NCBI GenBank assembly: GCA_050998795.1
Contig: JBPCPU010000079.1
Location: 3,257-67,256, forward strand
Length of the DNA stretch: 64,000 nucleotides
Direction: 5' to 3'
Source of the DNA: Pyrinomonadaceae bacterium
GTDB taxonomy: Bacteria; Acidobacteriota; Blastocatellia; Pyrinomonadales; Pyrinomonadaceae
Shown here: positions 44,360 to 52,882 of the stretch, piece after piece
Layout: each line of letters opens with the position of its first letter
How positions within the stretch are numbered: position 1 is the first letter of the stretch
The notes under the pieces: generated by a model
Databases searched by the model: none
The model's input: the letters and a program-made list of their open reading frames with translations, nothing else
What the model was told of the DNA's origin: nothing
Program-made: the position numbers and the translations under genes

Positions 44360-45367
44360 ATGAAGCCGAAAATAGTTTATGTCGAGAGGAAATTTTGGGA
44401 ATCCGTGAGTCTCGAAAAAGTTTTCGGACAAATTGAAAAAAATATCTCAAAAGAAAAATTTGAAACCTTGTTTGTTCAGTTGCCCTATCTCAGCACTCTG
44501 ACGGGAATCATCAAAAATTTTATTTTTTTTAAGAAACCGCAAGCCGACATCTATCATATTACGGGACATATTCACTTTATTGCCTTAATTTTACCGAAGG
44601 AAAAGACGGTTTTAACAATACCTGATTTGACAATACTGCGAACCCGCAAAGGATTGCGGCAGTATCTGATAAAGAAATTGTTTTTTGAGCTGCCGGTGAG
44701 GAAACTGAAATATATAACTGCCATTTCGGAGGCGACAAAAAATGAAATTATTAAATATACCAATTGTGAAGAAGGAAAAATTCGCGTCATTGAAATTCCG
44801 CTGTCAGACGATTTATATTTAGAAATCGGTAAAACATTTAACTCCGAATGTCCGACAATTTTGCAGATTGGAACTGCCCGTCATAAAAACATAATAAATT
44901 TAGCAAAAGCCTTAAAAGGCATCAATTGTCGGCTCAGAATTATTGGAAAACTTGATGAAGAATTATTAAACGAGTTAAAAATAAATCAGATTACTTTTAC
45001 AAATGATTTTGGTTTGAGTGATGCTGAAATTAGAAATGAGTATGAAAAAGCTGATATAGTTGCTTTTTGTTCTACCTCCGAGGGTTTCGGTCTACCGATA
45101 ATCGAAGCCCAGGCAATGCGAACACCCGTTATTACGAGTAATCTCGACCCGATGAAAGAAGTTGCCGGCGGCGCGGCGGTATTAGTTGAACCGAATGATG
45201 TTCTGAGTATTAGAGAAGGAGTTTTGAAAATCATAAATGATGAGTTTTTAAGAAATGCTTTAATTGAAAAAGGTCTAATAAATATTAAAAGATTTGAACC
45301 GGTTTATGTGGCGGGTTTGTATGAAAACTTGTATCGGGAAATTATCGGGAACGAAAATATTAGTTAA
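44360..45367 (+). CDS. Glycosyltransferase family 4
   Basis: The C-terminal STSEGFGLPIIEAQAMRTPVITSNLDPMKEVAGGAAVLV is present. I prefer the ATG at 44360 (MKPKIVYVERKF) over the upstream TTG extension at 44231. Confidence 0.75.
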   Translation: MKPKIVYVERKFWESVSLEKVFGQIEKNISKEKFETLFVQLPYLSTLTGIIKNFIFFKKPQADIYHITGHIHFIALILPKEKTVLTIPDLTILRTRKGLRQYLIKKLFFELPVRKLKYITAISEATKNEIIKYTNCEEGKIRVIEIPLSDDLYLEIGKTFNSECPTILQIGTARHKNIINLAKALKGINCRLRIIGKLDEELLNELKINQITFTNDFGLSDAEIRNEYEKADIVAFCSTSEGFGLPIIEAQAMRTPVITSNLDPMKEVAGGAAVLVEPNDVLSIREGVLKIINDEFLRNALIEKGLINIKRFEPVYVAGLYENLYREIIGNENIS

Positions 45368-45379
45368 GTTCTAAAATAG

Positions 45380-46558
45380 ATGTCTTCAAATGAGATTGTA
45401 GAAAAAAAACCTAAAATTTTAGTGGTTTGTAATTATTTTTTGCCGGGCTATAAAAGCGGCGGGAGTTTGCGGACAATTGTCAATATGGTTGAGCGTCTGG
45501 GAAATAGATTTGATTTTTGGATAATTACGCTCGACCACGACGGCGACGGTGTTCAATACAAGAATGTCAAGATAAATGAATGGAATAAAGTCGAAAAGGC
45601 AAAAGTCTTTTATTTGTCAAAAGATAACGTAAAAATCTCGAAAATGCGCGAACTTATTCGGCAAACCCGACCGGCTTCAATTTATCTCAATAGTGTATTC
45701 GCAACTTTATCCGTCTTTGTTTTACTTTTAAGAAAGTTGTCGCTCATTCCACGGCTAAGTATCATTTTGGCGCCGGAAGGGGAACTTTCCGACGGCGCGT
45801 TGCAGTTAAAACCGCGAAAAAAAAGAGTTTTTCTAAAAACGGCAAAAACTTTAGGTTTGCACCGGAATCTGATTTGGAAAACCACTTCGGAATTTGAAAA
45901 ATACGAAGCCGAACGGGTCAAGGGAAATGGCGGACAAATTTTTATTGCCCCCAATCTACCCTCGCGGATGTTTCTTGAAGATTACCGGCAAGAGTTAAAA
46001 CCGGAAAAGATCGTCGGCGAAGTAAAAATGGTGTTTCTTTCACGGTTTATGCGAAAGAAAAATTTCAATTGGTTGTTGGAATTGCTCGGCGGCATCAAAG
46101 GAAATTTAATAATTGATATTTACGGGAACCTGGAGGATGGAGTTTATTGGAAAGAGGCTCTCCGATTAATAAAAAAATTACCTGAAAATATTTCCGTCGA
46201 ATATAAAGGATCAATTTCGCACGATAAAGTCGTTAAAACAATTTTTGAATATCATTTCTTTATACTGCCGACTTTAGGTGAAAATTTCGGACATGTTTTT
46301 ATTGAAGCGTTGGCAGCCGGATGCCCGTTGATAATCAGCAACCGAACTCCTTGGCGCGATTTAGAGAAAAAGAGAATTGGTTGGGATATAGCATTGGAAG
46401 AACCCGACAAATGGCAAAAAGTTATCAATGACTGCATATACTTAGCCGACAAAAATTACAGCAATCTCTCAAGTCAGGCAAGAAAATTTGCAGTTAATTG
46501 GTTAGACGATCCGCAAGTCGAAGAAGCTACTTTAAGAGTTCTGGAATCCAGCTTATAA
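45380..46558 (+). CDS. Glycosyltransferase, GT-B fold (GT4-like)
   Basis: 392 aa with ILVVCNYFLPGYKSGGSLRT and LPTLGENFGHVFIEALAAGCPLIISNRTPW. Confidence 0.7.
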   Translation: MSSNEIVEKKPKILVVCNYFLPGYKSGGSLRTIVNMVERLGNRFDFWIITLDHDGDGVQYKNVKINEWNKVEKAKVFYLSKDNVKISKMRELIRQTRPASIYLNSVFATLSVFVLLLRKLSLIPRLSIILAPEGELSDGALQLKPRKKRVFLKTAKTLGLHRNLIWKTTSEFEKYEAERVKGNGGQIFIAPNLPSRMFLEDYRQELKPEKIVGEVKMVFLSRFMRKKNFNWLLELLGGIKGNLIIDIYGNLEDGVYWKEALRLIKKLPENISVEYKGSISHDKVVKTIFEYHFFILPTLGENFGHVFIEALAAGCPLIISNRTPWRDLEKKRIGWDIALEEPDKWQKVINDCIYLADKNYSNLSSQARKFAVNWLDDPQVEEATLRVLESSL

Positions 46559-46660
46559 GATACTTTATGTTATAGAGGTAAAATGTGATTAGACAGAAGT
46601 TATCTTTTAACAATCGACATTAACCGTCGCGTTGCAGACATTTAATAAATAACTTTAGCT

Positions 46661-47536
46661 ATGAAAATTTTGATTATCGGCGGTACCGGAATGCTCGGGC
46701 ATAAATTAGTTCAAGTCTGGCAGAAAAAGTACGATGTTTGGACGACTATTAGAGGAAACTTCGGAAGTCGTGAAAAATACGACATATTTGACAAGACAAA
46801 AACTTTTGAGAACTTAAATATAGAAAATATCGAAGCGCTGGAAAGTGTTGTGGAAATAGTAAAACCCGACGTCATTCTCAATGCGGTTGGAATAATTAAA
46901 CAAGTGCGGCTTGCCAAAGATGTGGTTAAAACTCTTACCGTCAATTCAATTTTTCCGCACCGACTTGCCGAACTTGCCGAAAAATATGACGCACGTTTTA
47001 TAACTCTCGGTACTGATTGTGTCTTTAACGGCGCAAAAGGCAATTATACGGAAGAAGATATTCCCGACGCGCCTGATTTATATGGAAAGAGCAAGCATTT
47101 AGGCGAAGTGGTTCAGGGAAATTGCCTGACTCTACGGACGTCAATCATCGGTCGGGAACTGCAAACGACAAACAGCCTGGTTGAGTGGTTTTTGAGTAAT
47201 AGAGGCAAAAAAGTGAACGGTTTTGTTAATGCCGTTTATTCAGGATTTCCCACTATTTGTTTAGCCGATATTCTTTCCGATTTAATTATAAATCACAAAA
47301 ACTTAAAAGGCTTATATCACGTTTCGAGCGAGCCGATTGATAAATTTGCACTTTTGCAATTATTGAAAGAAGCATACAAAATTGATATTGAAATTGAACC
47401 GTTTGAAGATTTCAGAATTGACAGGAGTTTAGACTCGACAAAATTCAGAGAAGCAACCGGCTTTTACCCATTGGATTGGAAGGAAATGATTTTAGCGATG
47501 GCTGATGACCCGACGCCTTACGCCGAGTGGAAGTAG
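46661..47536 (+). CDS. SDR-family NDP-sugar reductase, RmlD substrate-binding-domain type
   Basis: 291 aa with MKILIIGGTGMLGHKL, YGKSKHLGE (YxxxK) and a C-terminal RmlD-like region. Confidence 0.65.
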   Translation: MKILIIGGTGMLGHKLVQVWQKKYDVWTTIRGNFGSREKYDIFDKTKTFENLNIENIEALESVVEIVKPDVILNAVGIIKQVRLAKDVVKTLTVNSIFPHRLAELAEKYDARFITLGTDCVFNGAKGNYTEEDIPDAPDLYGKSKHLGEVVQGNCLTLRTSIIGRELQTTNSLVEWFLSNRGKKVNGFVNAVYSGFPTICLADILSDLIINHKNLKGLYHVSSEPIDKFALLQLLKEAYKIDIEIEPFEDFRIDRSLDSTKFREATGFYPLDWKEMILAMADDPTPYAEWK

Positions 47537-47582
47537 AAATAAAAAATAAAACTTTTTTCAATAATTGCAAAAAATAATAAAT

Positions 47583-48683
47583 ATGAAAATAATGACTATT
47601 TTCGGGACGCGACCGGAAATCATCAGATTGAGTCATCTGATGAAGATACTTGACCAATACTGTGAACAAATTACGGTTCATACCGGGCAAAACTATCACG
47701 AAAGTTTGAGCGATATTTTTTTAAAAGAGTTGGAAGTTCGCCCGCCGGACATTCATTTTGGAATAAAATCAAGTAGTTTCGGCGAGCAAATCGGACAAAT
47801 TTTAACAAAAACCGACGAAGTTTTGGTTAAGCATAAGCCCGACAAGGTTTTAATTTTGGGAGATACAAATAGCGCTCTGTCGGCAATTATCGCGGCACGA
47901 CGGGGAATTCCCGTATTTCATATGGAAGCGGGAAATCGCTGTTTTGACAATCGCGTGCCGGAGGAAGTCAACCGGCGAATTATTGACCATTCAAGCACGA
48001 TTTTGCTGCCATATACCGAAAGAAGCAGGGAAAATTTGATTGATGAAGGCATTGAGCGGGAAAGAATTTACGTAACCGGAAATCCAATCAAGGAAGTATT
48101 GGATATTCACAGTGAAAAAATAGAAGCTAGTGATTCTTTGAACTCGTTTAATGTCAAACCGTTTGAGTATTTTCTGGTAACGCTGCACCGGGCGGAAAAT
48201 GTCGATTTGCCGGACAGACTACGGCAAATCTTTGACGGATTTAATAAGGTTGCGGAAAAATTCGACAAAAAAATATTGATTAGCCTTCATCCGCGCACCG
48301 CCGAAAAGCTGGAAAAATTCGGTTTCAAACCCGCTTCCGAGAAAATAAAATTACTTGCACCGTTAGGTTTTTTTGATTTTGTAAAATTGGAAAAAAACGC
48401 CTTAGCCGTGTTGACCGACAGCGGCACCGTGCAGGAGGAATGTGCTATTTTCGGCGTGCCGAATATCACCTTACGCGATGTAACCGAACGCCCGGAAACG
48501 ATTGAAGCGGGCAGTAATATTCTCAGTGGAGCAAAAACCGACTCGATTTTACGGGCGGTTGAATTAGCAATTTCGCAGCCGACTAATTGGACTGCTCCGA
48601 GAGAATATCTGGTGGAAAATGTCGCCCAAACAGTTAGTAAAATCGTTTTGGGATATACGAGTTTGAGAAAACACGGCAGTTAA
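47583..48683 (+). CDS. UDP-N-acetylglucosamine 2-epimerase (non-hydrolysing family; WecB/FnlC/WbjD-like)
   Basis: KIMTIFGTRPEIIRLSHL, LILGDTNSAL, HMEAGNRCFD...PEEVNRRIIDH and TDSGTVQEECAIFGVPNITLRDVTERPE are present. The start is ATG 47583, or TTG 47565. Confidence 0.85.
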   Translation: MKIMTIFGTRPEIIRLSHLMKILDQYCEQITVHTGQNYHESLSDIFLKELEVRPPDIHFGIKSSSFGEQIGQILTKTDEVLVKHKPDKVLILGDTNSALSAIIAARRGIPVFHMEAGNRCFDNRVPEEVNRRIIDHSSTILLPYTERSRENLIDEGIERERIYVTGNPIKEVLDIHSEKIEASDSLNSFNVKPFEYFLVTLHRAENVDLPDRLRQIFDGFNKVAEKFDKKILISLHPRTAEKLEKFGFKPASEKIKLLAPLGFFDFVKLEKNALAVLTDSGTVQEECAIFGVPNITLRDVTERPETIEAGSNILSGAKTDSILRAVELAISQPTNWTAPREYLVENVAQTVSKIVLGYTSLRKHGS

Positions 48684-48690
48684 AAACGTA

Positions 48691-48722
48691 TTCATTCAGA
48701 TTCATTCAGATTCATTCAGATT
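48691..48722. repeat. Tandem 10-mer (ttcattcaga x3)
   Basis: Three perfect copies plus tt lie between the epimerase stop and the next glycosyltransferase start. Confidence 0.9.
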
Positions 48723-48743
48723 ATAGCTTTGCAGGAAAGGGAA

Positions 48744-49988
48744 ATGGATAAAGGCGAAAAGCGCAAAAATAAAATCCGAAATCGCCTTTGGGTCGTCACG
48801 GAACTTTATTATCCCGAAAATAATCAGACGGGTTATTATATGACGGGAATTGCCGAAGGGCTGACGGCAAAATATGACGTTAAAGTAATTTGCGGGCAGC
48901 CGAATTACGCGGCACGCGGCACCCGCGCACCGAAAAAGGATTTTCACAAAGGCGTGGAAATTTTTCGGGTCCGGAGTACGACTCTGAATAAGGATGTGTT
49001 GGCTTTTCGGCTTTTGAATATGCTTACGCAGGGAGCGTCAATTTTTGTTAAATCTTTGTTAAAGTTCAACAAATATGACAGCGTTTTAGTGGTTTCCGCT
49101 CCGCCGACATTACCGTTCGTGACGGCTTTAGCGGCAAAACTTCGCCGCGCCGAATACACTCTGGTTATCCAGGATAAATATCCCGAAACATTGATTGCGG
49201 TCGGCAAATTAAAAGCCGATTCGATTTTTATAAAACTGTTGAACCGGCTTAATAATTGGCTTTATGACGGAGCCAAAAAAATCATTGTGGTCGGGCGCGA
49301 TATGCGCGAACTGGTTAATTCTCAATTAAACCACCATTCGACACGGCAAACGCCGATTGATGTAATTCAAAATTGGGCTTCATTAGAGGAAGTTGAACCG
49401 ACTTCGCGTCGTGAAAACCGGCTTTTACAGGATTTGGGACTTTTGGATAAATTCGTCTTCCTCTATGCGGGAAATATGGGACATCCGCAGGACATCGAAA
49501 GCATTGTCGAATGTGCAAAAAAATTAAAAGACGACGGGCGATTTCATTTTTTATTTATCGGTTCGGGAGTTAAAAGAAAATGGCTCGAACGGGAAGTGAG
49601 AGATAATAAACTGACCAATGTAACAGTTCTCGAACCGCGCCCGCGCACCGACCAGAAGTTATTTTTAAATGCCTGTGACGTCGGTTTAGTTCCGCTCGTC
49701 AAAAAAATGCGCGGCGTGGCAATGCCGAGCCGAACATATAATATATTGGCGGCAGGAAAGCCGGTTTTGGCTTTAACGGAAAATGATTCGGAAGTGGCGC
49801 AAGTTATTGAAGATGACCGGGTTGGCTGGTATGTTCCGCCGGGTGAGCCGGAAAAACTGCTGCAAATGATTTATAAAATTTACGAAGAGCGCAGTGAAAT
49901 CCCCGAAATGGAAATAAGGGCGAGAAATTCGGCGCTCCAAAAACACTCTTTAGAAGTTGCCGTCGGAAAATACCGGAAATCAATTTAG
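48744..49988 (+). CDS. Glycosyltransferase family 4, WbuB/WbjE-like
   Basis: RLWVVTELYYPENNQTGYYM is the N-terminus typical of WbuB-type GTs, followed by GNMGHPQD. The position after a 2-epimerase matches fnl/wbj clusters. ATG 48744 is preferred over TTG 48729. Confidence 0.7.
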   Translation: MDKGEKRKNKIRNRLWVVTELYYPENNQTGYYMTGIAEGLTAKYDVKVICGQPNYAARGTRAPKKDFHKGVEIFRVRSTTLNKDVLAFRLLNMLTQGASIFVKSLLKFNKYDSVLVVSAPPTLPFVTALAAKLRRAEYTLVIQDKYPETLIAVGKLKADSIFIKLLNRLNNWLYDGAKKIIVVGRDMRELVNSQLNHHSTRQTPIDVIQNWASLEEVEPTSRRENRLLQDLGLLDKFVFLYAGNMGHPQDIESIVECAKKLKDDGRFHFLFIGSGVKRKWLEREVRDNKLTNVTVLEPRPRTDQKLFLNACDVGLVPLVKKMRGVAMPSRTYNILAAGKPVLALTENDSEVAQVIEDDRVGWYVPPGEPEKLLQMIYKIYEERSEIPEMEIRARNSALQKHSLEVAVGKYRKSI

Positions 49989-50031
49989 GACATGCGTCCG
50001 ATAACCAAGTTGGATTGAGAGTGAAAATTTT

Positions 50032-51057
50032 ATGAGAGTCGTTGTAACAGGTGCCGGCGGATTTATCGGAAGAGAAATTGTTCAGGAATTAGACAAGAAT
50101 AATTTCACGATTTTCCAAGTTGGCAGAACCGAGCCGGCACGGCAAGCTGATTTTGAAAATAAAAACTCACAAAATAATTTTTTTGCGGCGGATATTATCA
50201 ACAACAAAAACTTTGCCGACTTGGAAGAGTTAAAAAATATTGATGCGGTTGTGCATTCTGCCGGGCTTGCCCATCAGTTTGGAAATACGGGAAAAGAAGA
50301 GTTTGATTCGGTCAATGTTTTAGGAACGAAAAATATTGTTGAATTGGCGGTAAAACTACAAGCCAAACAGTTTATTCTGATTAGTTCAACGGCAATCTAT
50401 GGAATAAAAAAATCGGATAAGAATCAAAATATCCAAGTTGACGGGTTAATTATTGACGAAAACACAGTCTGTCAACCGGAAACTTTATACGCTGAAAGTA
50501 AATTGGCAGCCGAAAATGTGTGTATTAAAATTTGCAAACAAAATTCACTTCCATTGACCATCTTGCGGCTGGCTCCGGTAATCGGCGAGGGAAATGTCGG
50601 AAATACGGCGCGTCTGGTCAGTGCGATAGACAAGGGAAGATTTATTTGGATTGGAAAAGGCAAAAATCTAAAAACATTGATTTACAAAAAAGATGTGGCG
50701 CGGGCGGTAGTCGAAGTTTTGCTGAATAAGAGAAATGAAACCGAGATTTTCAATGTGGCGGCAAAGCCGATTACGATGAAGGAATTCGTTGGAGAAATTG
50801 AAAAGCAATTAAACAAAAGCGTGCCGAAATTCCATATTCCGTTCGGCATTTTACAAAAAATCTTTTTAATAAATGCAAAAGTTTTGGGAATTAAAAAGAT
50901 AAAAAAAATATCGGATACCATTGAAAAATGGCTGTCGGATGATATTTATGCGGCGCGGAAAATCAAACAAAATTATAATTTCGAGCCGCACACTTCAATC
51001 GCGGAGGCGATTGAAAAACAGGTTAAATGGTATCTCGGCAAAAAAAACAAGAATTAG
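50032..51057 (+). CDS. NAD-dependent NDP-sugar epimerase/dehydratase (WbjF/WbpV-like)
   Basis: 341 aa with MRVVVTGAGGFIGREI, SSTAIYG and YAESKLAAE (YxxxK). Confidence 0.75.
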   Translation: MRVVVTGAGGFIGREIVQELDKNNFTIFQVGRTEPARQADFENKNSQNNFFAADIINNKNFADLEELKNIDAVVHSAGLAHQFGNTGKEEFDSVNVLGTKNIVELAVKLQAKQFILISSTAIYGIKKSDKNQNIQVDGLIIDENTVCQPETLYAESKLAAENVCIKICKQNSLPLTILRLAPVIGEGNVGNTARLVSAIDKGRFIWIGKGKNLKTLIYKKDVARAVVEVLLNKRNETEIFNVAAKPITMKEFVGEIEKQLNKSVPKFHIPFGILQKIFLINAKVLGIKKIKKISDTIEKWLSDDIYAARKIKQNYNFEPHTSIAEAIEKQVKWYLGKKNKN

Positions 51058-51073
51058 CATAAGGGTCTGAAAA

Positions 51074-52012
51074 GTGCCTGAAATTATAGTATTTTTAATA
51101 GTTTTTATCGCTTCTTATCTCGGCGTGGAAATTTTTCGGCGGTGGAGTTTGAGACGGGAAATTTTGGATTTACCCAACGAGAGAAGTTCGCATACGACAC
51201 CGACGCCGCGCGGCGGCGGATTGGTAATAGTTTTAATAAGTTTAATTTTTTATCTGATATATACAAATCTTGTTTCACATAATTTTTCGTGGAGTTACCT
51301 GTTGGGAGCAAGTTTGATCGCTTCGGTGAGCTGGCTGGACGACATTTTTGATATTTCTTTTGTCTGGCGAATTTTGGTGCATTCCGCCGCCGCACTTCTC
51401 GTAATTCTGACATTAGGATTTTTCGGTGAAATTTATCTTCCATTCGGGCAAAATACCGAACCCGGAATCTTCGGGGCAATACTGACTTTTTTTTGGATAG
51501 TTTGGCTGACCAACGCCTACAATTTTATGGACGGCATTGACGGTATTGCCGGAATGCAGGCGGTTACAGCCGGAATCGGCTGGCTGATAATCGGGGAAAT
51601 TTTAGGATTTAACGACATCGGATTTTACGGCGGCGTGATCGCATTTTCCAGTTTCGGTTTTTTAATTCATAATTGGCAACCGGCAAAAATTTTTATGGGC
51701 GACATCGGGAGTGCATTTTTGGGATACAGTTTTGCCGTTTTGCCGTTATTGGCGAAAAATAAAAGCACTGATTATTATCCGTTATTGCCGGTAATCAGTG
51801 TCGGATTGGTATTTCTTTTTGTCTTTGATACTCTTTTAACTTTTTTTCGAAGGGTTTTAAAAAAAGAAAAGATTTGGCAGGCACACCGCCGTCATATTTA
51901 CCAACAACTTGTCATAAAAGGTTTTTCCCATCGTTCCGTAACACTTTTTTATAGTCTTATTTCATTTATTTTAGTAGGAGCAATCGTATTTTGGTTAAAA
52001 ATCAGAAACTGA
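51074..52012 (+). CDS. Initiating polyprenyl-phosphate sugar-1-phosphate transferase (WecA/WbpL, MraY-like GT4 family)
   Basis: 312 aa with a GTG start and about 10 TM helices. It has SHTTPTPRGGG, NAYNFMDGIDGIAG and FMGDIGSAFLG. Confidence 0.85.
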   Translation: MPEIIVFLIVFIASYLGVEIFRRWSLRREILDLPNERSSHTTPTPRGGGLVIVLISLIFYLIYTNLVSHNFSWSYLLGASLIASVSWLDDIFDISFVWRILVHSAAALLVILTLGFFGEIYLPFGQNTEPGIFGAILTFFWIVWLTNAYNFMDGIDGIAGMQAVTAGIGWLIIGEILGFNDIGFYGGVIAFSSFGFLIHNWQPAKIFMGDIGSAFLGYSFAVLPLLAKNKSTDYYPLLPVISVGLVFLFVFDTLLTFFRRVLKKEKIWQAHRRHIYQQLVIKGFSHRSVTLFYSLISFILVGAIVFWLKIRN

Positions 52013-52263
52013 TTTGATTCTTGAATTCAAAATTAATCGGTTTGTATTTCGTCGTTTTGCGGCAGCGGAAGAGAGCGGGAATGACGGTATTCCGTCAACA
52101 TAACTTTAATTCTATAAAACAACTCTTGAATAAATTTATAATTCGTGGCATACTTTTTCAAAGTCAAAGGACGAAGTTAGTCTGTTTGTCTATTTTGCTT
52201 ACAAAAAACTTGATATTTTGCCAAAATTAAACTAAACTGTTTTGATAAATCGGAGGAGAAAAT

Positions 52264-52758
52264 ATGAATAACCCGCAAATGCCAATCGCCCGCAAAGAAG
52301 GATTAGTAATTCAGGAAATGCCGGACGAAGTATTGGTCTATGATATGGAAACCAACCAGGCGCACTGTTTGAATCAAACGGCGGCATCTGTCTGGAAGTC
52401 GTGTGACGGTGTAAATTCCGTGACGGATATCACCAGGAAACTGGAGAAAGAGTTTAAAACAACAATACCGGAAGATTTGGTCTGGCTGGCGATTGACCAG
52501 CTTTCCAAAGACAAATTATTGGAAAAGGAAATCGAAACCAAAATAAGCGGTCTTTCGCGCCGCGAAGTTATCAAACGAATCGGCTTTGCTTCGATGGTTG
52601 CTTTGCCGGTGGTGGCGATGCTCAGTTTTCCGCAATCGGCTCTCGCGGTTGCTTGTCCGCCATCCCAGCAGGGAACACAGGATGGATGTAATCCGGGACA
52701 ACTGTGCTGTGGTGGAAATTGTGTAGCGGCTCCCAGCGGTACTTGTCCTCCAGCGTAG
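52264..52758 (+). CDS. PqqD-like (RRE) domain protein fused to a twin-arginine-like signal/anchor and a 36-aa six-Cys C-terminal peptide
   Basis: 164 aa with a GGAGGAG Shine-Dalgarno sequence. Residues about 8-95 are PqqD-like (LVIQEMPDEVLVYDMETNQAHCLNQTAASVWKSCDGVNSVTDITRKL...DLVWLAIDQLSKDKLL). Next comes SRREVIKRIGFASMVALPVVAMLSFPQSALA. The tail is VACPPSQQGTQDGCNPGQLCCGGNCVAAPSGTCPPA. Confidence 0.75.
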   Translation: MNNPQMPIARKEGLVIQEMPDEVLVYDMETNQAHCLNQTAASVWKSCDGVNSVTDITRKLEKEFKTTIPEDLVWLAIDQLSKDKLLEKEIETKISGLSRREVIKRIGFASMVALPVVAMLSFPQSALAVACPPSQQGTQDGCNPGQLCCGGNCVAAPSGTCPPA

Positions 52759-52780
52759 TTTTAATCAACTTGTTTGAATC

Positions 52781-52832
52781 AAAACTTGAATACATTTTCA
52801 TCAAAAAAAATGTATTCAAGTTTTTGTTTTTT
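52781..52832 (+). terminator. Strong rho-independent terminator after the PqqD-peptide gene
   Basis: The stem is aaaacttgaatacatttt / aaaatgtattcaagtttt, about 18 bp and perfect. The loop is short and a T-rich tract follows (ttgtttttt). Confidence 0.8.
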
Positions 52833-52882
52833 GGGTCAGGAATAGAAGTTTGATAAAGATTTATAAATTTTTAACCGGGTAA

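Noticed and set aside
52146-52160. Sigma-54-like promoter TGGCATactttTTCA upstream of the PqqD-peptide gene
   Set aside because: The -24 GG is present, but the -12 element is TTCA rather than TTGC. No enhancer-binding protein gene is nearby. It is too weak to call.
52021-52230. 69-aa ORF (TTG start) upstream of the PqqD gene as a possible separate precursor peptide
   Set aside because: It has no Shine-Dalgarno sequence and a non-ATG start. The translation is hydrophobic and basic low-complexity, with no Cys/Ser/Thr-rich core. It is most likely non-coding promoter DNA.
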